Made by a program: the position numbers and the translations under genes. The notes beneath the pieces are model-generated. The model was given only the letters and a program-made list of their open reading frames with translations. It was not told the origin of the DNA and made no database searches. A stretch of 64,000 nt of DNA from Octopus sinensis (Eukaryota), in assembly GCF_006345805.1 (NCBI RefSeq), contig NC_043009.1, positions 11,346,001 through 11,410,000 of the forward strand. Direction: 5' to 3'. Below are positions 42,117 through 58,616 of the stretch, piece after piece; the stretch's first letter is position 1, and every line of letters begins with the position of its first letter.

Positions 42117-45100
42117 TGTGTGCATGTGTGTTAGGAATTGAAGTATTGGAAAATGTACATTGTTTATGAATGTCTAATGTATTTATGTGGTGACGTTTGA
42201 AAAGTTACACTGAGTTAACGTACAGTTAATAGTTGCGGATAAAAGAAATTGTTTTATTTTTATTTCTGTATGAAACCGGAGTTAAGTACCGACCATTAAT
42301 ATTGTTGCAGTTCCTGGAAGAAACGAAATGGTTGAATGAATAAAGTATTGAACTTGTAGATAAATCTGTAGCAGGCATTTCATTACAGTCACAGATCGCT
42401 TATTTGTGGGAATAGATCCCAAATCTCTGGTTGTCAGCTTCGTGATTAATTCTACAGAAACCAGAATTAAATAACACATCTAATATCCCTTGAGATTTGT
42501 GAAAGAAGAAACTATTTTGAGTTTGTATGTGAACCATAATAGATGCTTAATGGAAAATTTAAAATCGAAATACAAGTTCTAAAGAATTCTTCACAATAAT
42601 TCCATAGTTCATGAAATACAAAGATATCAGTCATTGAATATAAGACGACGTAAACCGAAGGGAAATATGCCAGAGAAGTGGAAAACGCATGGAGGAATTC
42701 CAAAGTATACTGGCTTGTAGACGAATGTGTGGTGCCAAATGGTATTGAAATCTATCAATAATTTGAAAGTTGTGTCTAGAAATACACTTGTACGTAAGGC
42801 CAACTAAGGAAATATTTCTCTCTATATACCATTCCAATCAAGTAGATGCTTGTCAATATGAATAATTATTCTCTGCTCTTTTTGTCTTCACTCTCAAAAG
42901 AAGAGACTTATCTTGGTTTATTTTCGTTGCCATTTCTATAATCTTATGTGTTGAAATCACAAAAGAATTTTTTCTGTCAAGTTTTAAAATTAAAACCAAT
43001 TGATTCTTTTCTTTGTCTGCAGTAATTTCTGTTTTCTTTTCCTCGACGTACGTAATGTCTACAAAGAGAACGGCTGCTGGATTGAGACAAGTAATCAAGT
43101 GCAAGATTAATGGCTTGATGTTGATTGCGTTCATTTATTTTCTGAGTTCAAATGCGACTAGTACTTGAATTTCATTTCACAAAGTGTCACTAGCATACAC
43201 CACAGTCGCTAAAATAAGTATTCAGTCGATCATGTCGACGCTACCTCTCCTTTAGATATTTATGGTTCATATTTAATAGACGTTGGACCTCTTACGTGTG
43301 AAATTTCATGGTATGCCAGATATTAATGTCGTTCACGTTTGGACTCTGCTGCTATTAAACTACGAGCTCGTAGAATAGCTAACACGCCAGACATAAAGCT
43401 TAGAGGCATTTCTTCCAACATTACATTCTAAGTTCAAATGCAACTATCAACGATAAAATAAGTACCAATCATGTATTGGGGTTGATGGAATCAACTTTCC
43501 TTCCTTCAAAATTTTAGGCTTTGTGCCTATATTAGGAAGGATTTTATAGAGAGTATTACATGAAACAAGTTTTGTTATGAAGCATTATAATTTGTCTTAT
43601 TTCTTCTTTAAGCTTTGTTCTACATTTAATAAAATAGTAATGTATATATGAAATAACATGGCAAGACTAATCTACACACAGGGTTCCACCTAGGGGTGTC
43701 TCACTTACTCTTTTGTAGAATTTCTCTTCGGCCGGAAATGACCAGAATAAAATTTCTGTTAGATTTAAAGAGTTCAGCATGTAATAGAGGGCCTTCTGCA
43801 TCTTACTATCAGAGAGTACTTCTGAGTAAAAATTATGTTTGACCAATCATGATTCCAACACTGTTTCAATATTTTGTGGAGACATCTTTCGTGCTTTATA
43901 TAACTATTGTTTACACAAAAAGTGGATGCAAAACACAGTACCTCACTTTGCATCTCTCGAAACACATCTCCATTGTATTTAATAAATAGATTTCTAGAGA
44001 AAAATCCATAGTCAGCTGCTAGTTTTCAGTCCTCAGTCCAAAACTGTTTTCAGAGTCAAAACTAGTCCAAAAACAGGACTAGTTTTCCGTCCTCTCAATT
44101 GTGCCCCAGTTAATTCGCTAAAAACCACTTCCATTTTTATAGCTCTGGAAAGCTTTTAAGATTATAATAACTCAATATTTAACTTAAGATTCCGAGGTGA
44201 TTGTCTTCCAGTTCGCTTAAGTAAAGTTGCAGTTATATAGTAATATAATATGAATCAAATGTTATGTATTTTAAAAACGAAATGAACATATCAACCACTG
44301 AAAAAATTATTTTTTCTTTTAATAGTGTTCAGATTACAAATGGCTGGATTGAGAATATATAATTAGATTCAGTCTTTATGCCTTAACCAATGTAATCGCA
44401 TGGTATCAAAATGACTGCTATTTTCATTTAATGTTCTTCGTTAAACGAGAATTTTCTAATAGTTATATTACGTTTGTATGTTTTTCTTTTTACTTTCCTC
44501 AATATTTTCGCATTTTCTTTGCGATTTTTTCCCATCAGAATGAAAACATTTTCGATTTTTTTTTTAGAAAATATCGAATGCAATATCTTTATTATGGACA
44601 TTTTTAATGAATTATGAAAATGTCGATTTTTGTGCATTATACACATAAAAACAAAAATTACATGGTTCTCTTATATTATTAGATTGCAAATATTTTGGAC
44701 TTCCATTTATTGATAGCGTAATTTTCATGGAAACGTTATCATTATAGTCAAGGAAGGTAGCCACGTGTATGAAATATGCTCAACTTCTATATATCAGCTA
44801 TCAAAATATATAGCAATTTATAGTGAGAGCAGTTAGGATTTAATAAAAGGATTATCTCTTGATAATAAATATAATAGCATGTTACCGTTGCGTGCTCCCA
44901 ACTTAGAGAAAGATATATTCTTACGTTCTTGTACATATTTTATATCAAAATAATTCAACACTAGCGTCGTTTATTTCATGTTTCCAACAGTTCGTTCACA
45001 AGTTCTCTGCATGTCTAATAGACAGTATTGATTCCAAGGAACTGTCTATAATTTGGTAAAGAACAAATATTACAAAAAACAAAGATGAAGGATACGTATA

Positions 45101-45237
45101 GAGATGGTGACTTATTTCCCCTCTAAAGTGGAACAACCATGCATTATTTTTCATACCCTACCCCAGGGATAATTACTTCCTTACAACGGTGTTAAACGTT
45201 TTGGAATCAGCTGTTGTTTTAATCCTTCATTGACAAC

Positions 45238-45466
45238 TTCTCCGTCCGGGTTGCGGATCTGTGGAATAAACTGCCGGATGAGATAGTGAAGATGCCGACG
45301 ACCGCTCGGATCACAGTCTCTCTTGACCAGAAATGGCCTGAACTCTTTGTATGAACACCCTCCCTGTACATAATTCCATGTCCCCCTACATGGCCTTGCT
45401 TTTGCTTTTTGAGCCAAAAAAATTAAATTTAAATTAAATTAAATTAAAATTAAATTAAATTAACTC
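45238..45466 (+). mobile_element. CR1/L2-type LINE 3' end with (AAATT)n tail
   Basis: FSVRVADLWNKLPDEIVK; aligns to the reverse complement of 5620-5805. Confidence 0.8.
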
Positions 45467-46757
45467 ATTGACACAAAATAACAGGTCCGAGAATATATTC
45501 CTGGTATTGGCAACAGAATTAGAAGAATCCATTTGCATGAATTAATAGAACTTCGATAATAATTCAAGAATGTCACTGAGTACGTGAAGAACCATGACCA
45601 ATAACAACGAACATGAGGAAATATATCTGAGTAGAATAATGATAATTCTTAATTTCATTAATCCTTCCAATTATCCAACTTAGAATTTAATCCCAGTCCT
45701 GATAATAAACAACAAAATATTAACACCTCCAATATCAGTTGTAGATTTCTAATAGAGCCGCAGATTTATGGTAGATTTTAGCCGGGATAAAATCACGGTT
45801 ATAATTTGAAAGATGATCCGCATGGATTAATTGGATATAAAGCTGGCACGTAGAGGACTTTCTATAGGAAAATGCCTTTATGGGAATCAGACACTACAAA
45901 GTAAAAATATATGCACATCATATATCTAATTACATGCAAAGTTATCTTACTGGTTTACACAATGCATCACACAGTGTACATCTATCATCGTTTGTCGATG
46001 ATTCATTTATCACTGATACAAGTAGCCGTGTTACACTTATCACAAATTGATCTGTGTTACACTTATCACAAATTGATCGGCGATCAGTCAAACCATATAA
46101 CTGCTCCCCAAAAGCGTGCCCTAGCGCGGTACTCAGTACAATTTGGGTTCTCAGCATGAAACCTATTTTTCACATATGTTCTATTGTACATTTATCACGG
46201 ATTCATTTAAAACGGCGGTGTTTTTCTTTTAAGCAAACGCCAGAGAAAACGAGGCTAGATATGTAATAGACGTGTGTATTTTGATTTCTTTTTCGCATTT
46301 TTCTTTCAAAACAGCAACAGAGTTTGCAAGCCAAACATGTGCGTAAAGGAGAGACTAGAGAAAATAATTACTATGTGAAAATTATATATGCAGAAATGCC
46401 GTAGGCAGAATATCATAGTCGCCATGGAAGGCATACAATACGATATTGGAAATTTGAAAATTCAAGAGATCATTATTATTTAAAAAATGAGTTTTCCATT
46501 AACAATAGTGTCCAGAATAAAGGATTTTGAAACCGAAAGGTTGAAATATTGAAAAATAAAAGCGAAAGCTTTTGTTTCATATGTATTTTCGTTTACATTC
46601 CAATATTTTCAGCTTATAGTGAAGTGGTTCTCCAAATACGGTTTAAATATATACATCTATTGCATACATACACACACGCAACACATACACACAAACACAC
46701 ATATTTTACATATATGTACGTATATATGTATGTATGTATTTATATATATATATATAT

Positions 46758-46790
<33 letters not shown>

Positions 46791-47020
46791 GTGCGTGTGT
46801 AAATATATGCACGTTTATGCATATGTAAGTATTTTCATATACGTAGATATCATATATATATATATATATATATTTATATACATACAAATGTGCGTATATT
46901 CGTATATGAACAAGCAGACATAGCAGATATACATTATACATGAATTCATCCATTATGTGACCGCGGGTGTATCGTTGGCGATTTTCTTTCTCCGTCTTCT
47001 CTTCTTTGGACTTTTACTAT

Positions 47021-47055
47021 ATTTCTGAGGAAGTGCTCCGCTCGAAACGTGAAAT
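47021..47055 (+). ncRNA. Minimal hammerhead motif, probably inactive (GUG site, stem II mismatch)
   Basis: attt-CTGAGGA-a-GTG ctccg CTC-GAAACGT-G-aaat; homologue of 15718-15752. Confidence 0.55.
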
Positions 47056-47115
47056 CGTCTTTCTTTTCTTTCCTTTCATGAGCGTCCAATAACACTGTAC
47101 TTATTCCACGTATAT

Positions 47116-47152
<37 letters not shown>

Positions 47153-47196
47153 AATCAATAAATGGTAGGGTTTTGTTGACCGCACGTGGTGAAATG

Positions 47197-47406
47197 ATAG
47201 GCGAGGAAAAATTATAAAAAGGCATAATGCTAAATTGAAGGTAAATTTTAATAAAAGTGGGTGTATGGAAAATTAAAAAAACATTTTTTTAATATTAACT
47301 CGCCTGCAGTTTCTGGGTATTGACCCGTCATCAGCGCACGACAATCACCGGTTAAGATTTACCTTCAATTTAGCATTCTGCCTTTTTATAATTTTACCTC
47401 GCCTAT
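47197..47406. mobile_element. Short PLE-derived foldback: 55-bp inverted arms around a minus-strand hammerhead-like motif
   Basis: Arms 47197-47251 and 47352-47406; inside, minus strand CTGATGA-cGGGT caat ACCCa-GAAA-ctgcag (47304-47334). Confidence 0.65.
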
Positions 47407-47410
47407 ATAT

Positions 47411-47444
<34 letters not shown>

Positions 47445-47626
47445 ATATATATATATATATATAATATATATATTATATAGAAGGCGCCCTCTATATAATA
47501 TCAATTAATATGTTCAAAAGAAAAAAATTATTTTCGAATTTTTTCTCTTATGAGGTTTTTCACGCTAACTACCTGATAATTTCTTGTTAAGATTCCTTAT
47601 TAAGAAGTTATCCTTAATTGTTAAAG

Positions 47627-50260
<2,634 letters not shown>

Positions 50261-50269
50261 GCGAACGGT

Positions 50270-50535
50270 CTTCGTCCCAGAGCTCGCAAGATGGGACAAG
50301 TCCGAAACGTGGTCCTTTGTTATTCGTAAGACTCGCAGAAGAGAAAGCAGGTCAGCCCCCGACACCGAGAGCATCGACGGATGGATGAATGCGCATCCAG
50401 GCTCAGCGGTTGCGTAGGAAGTCGGGGACAAGGAACAGGAAGAAAGAGTGAGAGAAAGTTGGAGCGAAAGAGTACAACAGGGTTCACCACCATCCCCTGC
50501 CATCCTCTTGGAGCTTTAGGTGTTTTCGCTCAATA
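50270..50535 (-). mobile_element. SINE family C body with tail type 3, 5'-truncated
   Basis: tttattgagcgaaaacacctaaagctcca..ctttctctcactctttcttcctg shared with other family C copies, then a different 3' part. Confidence 0.7.
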
Positions 50536-50767
50536 AACACACATATATCTACCCTCTTTATATATCTACCTTCTTTATAATGTTGGCAAATGAAATAGGG
50601 ATAAGAATGTGCATTGTCCGTTTAATTAAAAAATTCTATATGTGGCTGAAGATTGCCCGACATTTTAAAACTGATGTAATACTTAGTGTTTAATGAAATG
50701 AAGTAGCATGAAACGATTGTACTACACTACCTTGGATATCCTTGTTGCTTATTTTGATTATATATAT

Positions 50768-51041
50768 CACGTGATCACGTGACCGACCAGACCATCAGAT
50801 GTTGTTACACATCGCTGGTCACAATGCGCTCGCATTGTTTTAGCCTTCGAATGACGCCACCCCGCTGGCTAAGCGAGCAGGCCAACAGAAGAAAGAATGG
50901 GAGAAAGAGTAGTGAAAGAGTACAGCAGGGATCACCACCCCCTGCCGGAGCCTCGTGGAGCTTTTAGGTGTTTTCGCTCAATAAACACACACAACGCCCG
51001 GTATGGGAATCGAAACCGCGATCCTGCGACCGCGAGTCCGC
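50768..51041 (-). mobile_element. SINE family C, tail type 2
   Basis: Reverse complement of 30487-30766; TSD tgattat(a/g)tatat at 50755-50767 and 51042-51054. Confidence 0.9.
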
Positions 51042-51061
51042 TGATTATGTATATATACTTC

Positions 51062-51113
<52 letters not shown>

Positions 51114-51678
51114 CATAAGTGTGAGTATGTGTGTGTGTGAGTGTGTGTGGTGTGTGTGTGTGAGTATGTATGTTGTGTGTGTGTGTATTTTCAAGTCTTA
51201 AATATGATTCTGGTTTGCGTTTTTTGTTTTATGATAAAACCGATCGAAAACCCGCTGTTGCCCATAAAACCGGTAAATCAGCGTCTCGTAAATTAGAAAA
51301 TGATAAAATCAGTGCAATTATTACTCTTATATTATGCCTGACTATCTGTAAAACTTGTGACAATACAATGAATTTCGAGAAATATAGAATATATAGAGTT
51401 TAGAGGATTTGCTGATTCAGATTAGATGAGTGGACGCCTGTGCACCATTTTACATACAATATTGGACTGTACATTTTGTGTAGAGAAACCCCTTTTCTAA
51501 CTTAAAAAGTGCGTAAGTAATCTTAAGTTCTGTATAAGGATCTATGTATCTATCTGTGTATTTATATATGCATATATGTATGTATTTATGTATGTATGTA
51601 TGTATCTATCTATGTAGCTACCTATCTGCCTAGCTAGCTGTCCGTATGTATATGTATGTATGTATGTATGAATGTTTG

Positions 51679-51767
<89 letters not shown>

Positions 51768-52447
51768 TATATATATATATATGTATATGTATATATAAAT
51801 ATATTGTATATATATATATATATACACATTGCAAACACGCAAACATATGAATGTGTATATATACACACATACATACACACATACACACACACACACGCAT
51901 ATATATATATTTCATATATACATACATATGTACTTCATATATATGTGTGTGTGTGTGTGTGAAACAGAGGGAGAGAGAGAGAGAGATGGAGAGAGAGAGA
52001 GTGGGGGATTCTGTGAAGAATGCATTTTTGCTTATAGCTCCAATAGATGAATTGATTCAGTAAGATAAACTCACTTTGGTTACGAATCAATTGTAACAAT
52101 TCTTGAGTTGCCAACTTAATTTTGGTAGCCATCTTTTGTGGTGTTTGCTTTCAAAGCCTATTGATTCCACCACACTCACACACACGCGCCTAACAATCAC
52201 CAACACACCCAGAACCGTTTACTTCTATCTATTACATACATGTATGCACACATAATGGTTTGCGTGCGCGCTCATGTCCTTGCGCGCGCGAGTGTATATA
52301 TGCGCGTGTATTGTATGTATATCTAAGAAAATTGTTAGTACAATGTCCCTACTTGTTTTATAGTCAATCGTGTTTGTTAATGGACCGGCGCTTATTTTCT
52401 TTCACTCTTACAGTCCATCACCCACACTTTCTGTCTCTCTCTCTCCC

Positions 52448-52504
<57 letters not shown>

Positions 52505-52641
52505 TTTCTGCTTATTTAGTTACCATAGAAAATGCCCGTCTGTTATATATACATGTTTTTTGCATTGCTATATATGTATATATAGATTTCTCGACGTATA
52601 TCTGTATGAGCGTATTTGTACATGGGGATGTACACACACAC

Positions 52642-52678
<37 letters not shown>

Positions 52679-53386
52679 GTATGTATACACATACATACAT
52701 AGGCACACACACACTCACACACAGCCACACACAGACACACACTATTGTTTATATTTATGTCAAGTTATGCCTAAAAGGAAGCCAACATTAATCTGAAAGA
52801 TTACTCGGTATTTTTTACTTGGATACATTTATATATTAATTTTTCTCTGTATAATTAATATCTATATTATGTGAGTGCGTGTGTATATATATGTGTGTGT
52901 GTGTGTGTACTATGTTTGTACTTGTATGCGCGTAACCTACATCATAGACAGCCAAATTCATCACGAAGTCAAATTTTTGTTATACGAAATAGGAAAAAAT
53001 GGAATAAGAAATGTGCGTATAACAGAACAAGAAACAGAATCTGTTTCCATCCATTCCTTTAATACTGAATAAAAGTTTGTGAGTACATATTAACTTAAAC
53101 GACATAATTTTCCCTGTTTATTGTTCTTCTCTATGCTGATATGTATTGGTGTATTGCTGCTGTATCTGTATGATACAATACCAATACATATGACTGCATC
53201 TGTGTTTATATAGGTACGTGTATGTGTGGTAAGCTTTAATAACCGATTATGTGTTTTAAACTCCATTTTAAGAGCAGCTTTGTCCCTGCTTGAGCTCTTA
53301 CCAAGTGAAGCTTATTTTACATAATTTAATTCATCTCCGTAATCTTACAAACAAAAGTATCCATAGTAATATAAAATTGCACTTAT

Positions 53387-53602
53387 CTTCGGCGATCATA
53401 TGTACCTTGCTCTCAAATCTTCGGCGATCATGTGTACCTTGCACTCAAATCTTTGACGATCATATGTACCTTGCACTCAAATCTTCGGCGATCATATGTA
53501 CCTTGCACTCAAACCTTCGGTGATCATGTGTACCTTGCACTCAAATCTTCGACGATCATGTGTACCTTGCACTCAAATCTTCGACGATCATATGTACCTT
53601 GC
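53387..53602 (+). repeat. 32-bp minisatellite, about 6.75 units
   Basis: cttcggcgatcatatgtaccttgcactcaaat units start at 53387, 53419, 53451, 53483, 53515, 53547 and 53579; no spacers. Confidence 0.95.
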
Positions 53603-54194
53603 TGTAATACATAAATTATAAGCATTTGATTATAACAGTTAATATGTAAACGGTTTCTTAATGATTAAATTTCCATTATAGTTTCCGGTTTCTCATGAAA
53701 TATTTGAACAGTTTTACATATTCCCTAATGACATATTATTACGATGTGCATAAAGGACATATGATATTTTATCTTGAGCTCGCTGATTCATTTAAATAAT
53801 TATAAACAATAAGATATATTTATAATGATTTGAATAAATATAATTTGCTTATTAAGCTAGAGAAAGAAGCGCACATCAAGAACACTACAATACATAATCC
53901 ATTACAATAAATATCACCGCATGTAATTTCATTAATTCATAATCCCTGGTGTATTATTCAGCCATTGTAAGAAATAAAATACATATATTCCTTTTGAAGA
54001 ACAGAGGTGACAATTAGTTTCGTTTGAAGGTTAACTCAAATACCTTGTCACAAGCACATAGATACAAACACAAGAGTAATTTATATTGCCTTTGTACCTG
54101 CTTTTCTGCACGTACGTATATACGTATGTATGTATGTATGTATGTATGTATGTATGTATGTATGTATGTATGTATGTATCGCTTTCTCTGTTTT

Positions 54195-54420
54195 TTCTCT
54201 TTTACTTGTTTCAGTCATTTGACTGCGGCCATGCTGGAGCACCGCCTTTAGTCGAGCAAGTCGACCCCGGGACTTATTCTTTGTAAGCCCAGTACTTATT
54301 CTATCGGTCTCTTTTTGCCAAACCGCTAAGTGACGGGGACGTAAGCACACCAGCATTGGTTGTCAAGCAATGCTAGGGGACAAACACAGACACACAAACA
54401 TATACACACACATACACACA

Positions 54421-54473
<53 letters not shown>

Positions 54474-54644
54474 CATATATACGACAGGCTTCTTTCAGTT
54501 TCCGTTTACCAAATCCACTCACAAGGCATTGGTCGGCCCGGGGCTATAGCAGAAGACACTTGCCCAAGATGCCACGCAATAGGACTGAACCCGGAACCAT
54601 GTGGTTGGTAAGCATGCTACTTACCACACAGCCACTCCTGCGCC
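54195..54644 (-). mobile_element. SINE family A, full length
   Basis: Complete reverse-complement copy. Confidence 0.9.
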
Positions 54645-55627
54645 TGTATGTATGTATGTATGTATCTATGTATCTATGTATGCATGCATGTATGTATATA
54701 TGTATGAATGTATGCATGTACGTAAGTCAGTATGTATGTATGTATGTTTGCTTGTATGCATTTATGTGTAAGGACGATTGCGATTTATTGTCTCACACCG
54801 TTTATGTATCTCAAGTCATTTTGAATCGATGGTAAATACCGTTTCACTTCATATAGAGAGTATTATAAATAGCAGCGAGATTAATAATTATCGATGTGTG
54901 TATGTGTGTGTTTGTTTGTGTGTACATATGCATATATGTATGTATAACTTTATATATATATATATTATATATATATATATACACCTACATATTGATATAC
55001 ATACACAGGCGCAGACATAGACAGACTCAGACAAAGGTGCGTGTGCGCACGTTTTCACGTTGTCGTTCGTCAATCCGAGCAGTCATATCTTAAGTGACAC
55101 CACGTGGTTTTCATCTGATGGAAGTACACGTTTTAGCAAATCGAAAGAAAATCATAGATGAAAAAAAAAATATTAATAAAGGCTGACATGTAGATAAAAA
55201 GACAGACAGATAAATCAATATATTTGCATAAAAACACACATACAATCGCATATATACATTCATACATACATACATACTATGATAGATATATACAAATATA
55301 TATTTATATATATATATATATATGGGTATTTGCGTGTATATATATTTTTGCATGTGTATATATGTATGTATGTATATGTGATTGTATGAATGTACGTATA
55401 CATGTACTTACAAATACACGACGTGTATATGATTCGGTTACTGTCAAATATAATAACGTCAATTATCAAGTATTTTTAACTGAAATTTCAGAATATGAAC
55501 TTTATTTTACATTCCCATCTGCCATGTGAAATTAATCAATCTGTTTGTCTGTTTGCCTGTCTTTGTGTCTATATCTGTATATGTATATATATATGTGTGT
55601 GTGTGTCTATATCTGTATATGTATACG

Positions 55628-55672
<45 letters not shown>

Positions 55673-55794
55673 TATATAATATATACATACATACATACAT
55701 ACATACATACATACATACATACATGCATGCATACATGCATATCCACTTACACATACACACACACGCACAAACAGACAGACAGGTAGATATATAA

Positions 55795-55866
<72 letters not shown>

Positions 55867-56001
55867 GTATCCCTACTTCTTATGTATACATGTTTACATA
55901 TGCTCATATATACAGTCATTCACGCACACATATATACACGCATGCATCTCTCAATCCTTCTACCTATATATCTATCTATCTATCTATCTATCTATCATCT
56001 A

Positions 56002-56039
<38 letters not shown>

Positions 56040-56634
56040 GCTGTCCATCTATTTATCTATCTATCTGTGTGTGTGTGTGTGTGTGTGTTACGAAAATATA
56101 ATGCTCTCCATCACCACTCAGTTTTTTCCTTCATCGATGCAGTCATTCTGGTGATAATGTCAATTTGATTTGTACTGAAATGCCTTCTACGATTAACCTT
56201 ACACTCTTTAAATTAAACACACCATAAGATGTCATGAGCTAAATGTTCCTTCAACTACTTACTGTGAATTAACCGATTATTCTCAATGGGTCTACGAATG
56301 ATTTTAAATGATATACATTGATTGTAGGAGATAATATCTTATGCTAACCGACGAAAAAAAACAGAAATACACCCTCAAAACGTTTTAAAAACACTTGTGT
56401 AATTAAAGTAAATTGTCTTAATCATCGGTGTCCAAGCTGTATCTCACGATTGACATGCGGCATTAGAAGCTTCTATATACGGTCCTAAAGTACAAAATTG
56501 GTTTCGTGCCATTTTGCTATTCTAGCGATGCAGAAACCAGAGTGGCTTGTGTGTGTGTGTGCGACTGCGCGCCTGCGTAAGCGTGTATAAATGTGTAGAT
56601 ATACACGCATATATATACACTATTTTACTATTTT

Positions 56635-56993
56635 ACTATTTTACTTGTTTCAGTCATTTGACTGCGGCCATGCTGGAGCACCGCCTTTAGTCGAGCAAAT
56701 CGACCTGGGACTTATGCTATCGGTCTCTTTTGCCGAACCGCTAAGTGACGGGGACGTAAACACACCAGCATCGGTTGTCAAGCAATGCTAGGGGGAGAAA
56801 CACAGGCACACAAACACACACACACACATACATATATATATATACATATATACGACAGGCTTCTTTCAGTTTCCGTCTACCAAATCCACTCACAAGGCAT
56901 TGGTCGGCCCGGGGCTATAGCAGAAGACACTTGCCCAAGATGCCACGCAGTGGGACTGAACCCGGAACCATGTGGTTGGTTAGCAAGCTACTT
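56635..56993 (-). mobile_element. SINE family A, interrupted in its head
   Basis: Sequence follows the family A consensus to ..ttagcaagctactt; the rest of a head appears at 59196-59232. Confidence 0.85.
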
Positions 56994-57160
56994 TATTTCA
57001 AAACATTTGCCATAAAGGCAGTACACAGATTAAGTTAGCTTTGCGGGCTGGACGAGGACATTAATGAAGTGAATGATAATGAAAGAAAGATGATAAGGAT
57101 GGGAGAAGACAAAAAGCGCCCGCCGACTTTCGCTTCTCTAAAACATTGTTCTTTTTAAGG

Positions 57161-57305
57161 ATAAACACAAAACGAGGTATTAAACCTCTTACAATTTTCC
57201 AATTTTTGGACTTAGCAGTCCATTATTAATAAAAATAAACACAAAACGAGGTATTAAACCTCTTACAATTTTTCAATTTTTGGACTTAGCAGTCCATTAC
57301 TAATA
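57161..57305. repeat. 74-bp tandem duplication in the element 3'UTR
   Basis: ataaacacaaaacgaggtattaaacctc..gcagtccatta starts at 57161 and 57235. Confidence 0.9.
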
Positions 57306-57488
57306 ATAACAGTTCAATAATTACATATCGTCCTCGAAGTCGCTTCTGCCCGCGCCCTCCACCATCAACCACGCCTCCCTCAGAACGTAATCAAGTTCCG
57401 AGTCAGCGTCGCCCGGGACCAAGTTATAGTCTTCATTGAGCTCCTTTAGCCCAAGCGTCACGTCGAACGCCACGGCCTCCACAGCTAC

Positions 57489-58559
57489 CTACGGAGGCCA
57501 TTCTTGATCCTGTGTGAAGGCTAAAGGTGCTCCCTTGTGATGCTCTTCCATCACTTTTTCAATTTCTCCTCCTCTATAGAAGAGGACCAATACGTTCAGT
57601 TCTTTCGGTGGCGGCACAGTTCCCGCCAACGGTATTCCTTCTCTTGTCGGTGGCACAACCCGAACCGACGTAGTTCCGGGACATTCCGGTGCTACACTGA
57701 CAGTCGGTAATGTCCCGTTTTTCTTCCTCTTTTTCTTTTTTTTTCCCTTTTCAACTGAGGGAGGGTGCGTCTCCTCCGTGGCTGGAAGATTCGCCTTCCT
57801 CTCCTCATCCCTATTATCCTTTGGTGAGCACCCATTGTTGCTCACCTTCCTCTTTCGGCCTCTGTTTGAGGAGTCCTCTGCTTTCTCGGCCGTTATTATT
57901 CCCTCTTCTAGAGGGGTTTTACTTAACTGTTCCGGGATCCTATTTTGTTCCCGGGGACAGTTCTTCTTTATGTGGCCGGACTCCAAGCACCGATGACACT
58001 TAGGGGGGCGACCCTCAAGCATCACCGGGTACCTGCACCCAGCCATTTTCAAAAAATCTGGAAGAACCAGATTGGCTGATTGGGTCCACAGGGTCAAAAT
58101 TGCTTTTGACCCAACCCAAGCAGCCGCAGGAAGAACTTTTACATTAAGGAGCTTAGTTTCGCTGCCACCCAGACCCCGGCGGATAGTCTCCTCTATCCAC
58201 TCGGGTTCTATGTCGGGTGGCAGACCGCAAATCCAAGCTTTCATCAATTTCTTTTTTTTGTACGTGGGCAGGAATAAGATTTCCTTACCCTCCAGGGGTT
58301 TGCTAGCAAATTTGCAAGCCTCTTCAGGGATGTCAAATAGCAACCACACCGTTGCATATTTGACACCCCTGGAAATGAATTTAATTGTTGGCAAATACTC
58401 TGCCAACTCCCTTTCAATTGCCGTCTTTTCGAATAGGGCGATGGTGTCGAGTGCCTTGGAGTATGTTCTCAACACCACCGTCCTATCTTCACGGTCTTTT
58501 AACCACTTTTTAGGCGGTATGATCTCCCATTCCAAAAGTTTGTTATTTTTCATTGCCAT
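57489..58559 (-). CDS. Tx1/L1-type ORF1 protein (RRM-like region, CCHC zinc knuckle, K/R-rich tract), 356 aa
   Basis: Uninterrupted non-repetitive ORF; CHRCLESGHIKKNC knuckle preceded by V.LEGRPPK; KGKKKKKRKK; aagaacATGG start context. Confidence 0.8.
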   Translation of the reverse strand: MAMKNNKLLEWEIIPPKKWLKDREDRTVVLRTYSKALDTIALFEKTAIERELAEYLPTIKFISRGVKYATVWLLFDIPEEACKFASKPLEGKEILFLPTYKKKKLMKAWICGLPPDIEPEWIEETIRRGLGGSETKLLNVKVLPAAAWVGSKAILTLWTQSANLVLPDFLKMAGCRYPVMLEGRPPKCHRCLESGHIKKNCPREQNRIPEQLSKTPLEEGIITAEKAEDSSNRGRKRKVSNNGCSPKDNRDEERKANLPATEETHPPSVEKGKKKKKRKKNGTLPTVSVAPECPGTTSVRVVPPTREGIPLAGTVPPPKELNVLVLFYRGGEIEKVMEEHHKGAPLAFTQDQEWPP

Positions 58560-58616
58560 GTTCTTTTTTTGTTTTTTGTTTTGTTTTGTTTTTTTTTAAA
58601 TGTATTCAGAATAAAA

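Noticed and set aside
42280-43140. Non-repetitive stretch with a coding-like look
   Set aside because: Frequent stops in the frames I read and no recognisable motif; would need BLASTX.
50270-50330. gtccgaaacgtggtc as a ribozyme half
   Set aside because: No CUGANGA at a compatible position on either strand.
53387-53602. CRISPR-like 32-bp repeats
   Set aside because: Units are contiguous with no unique spacers, there are no cas genes, and the context is eukaryotic.
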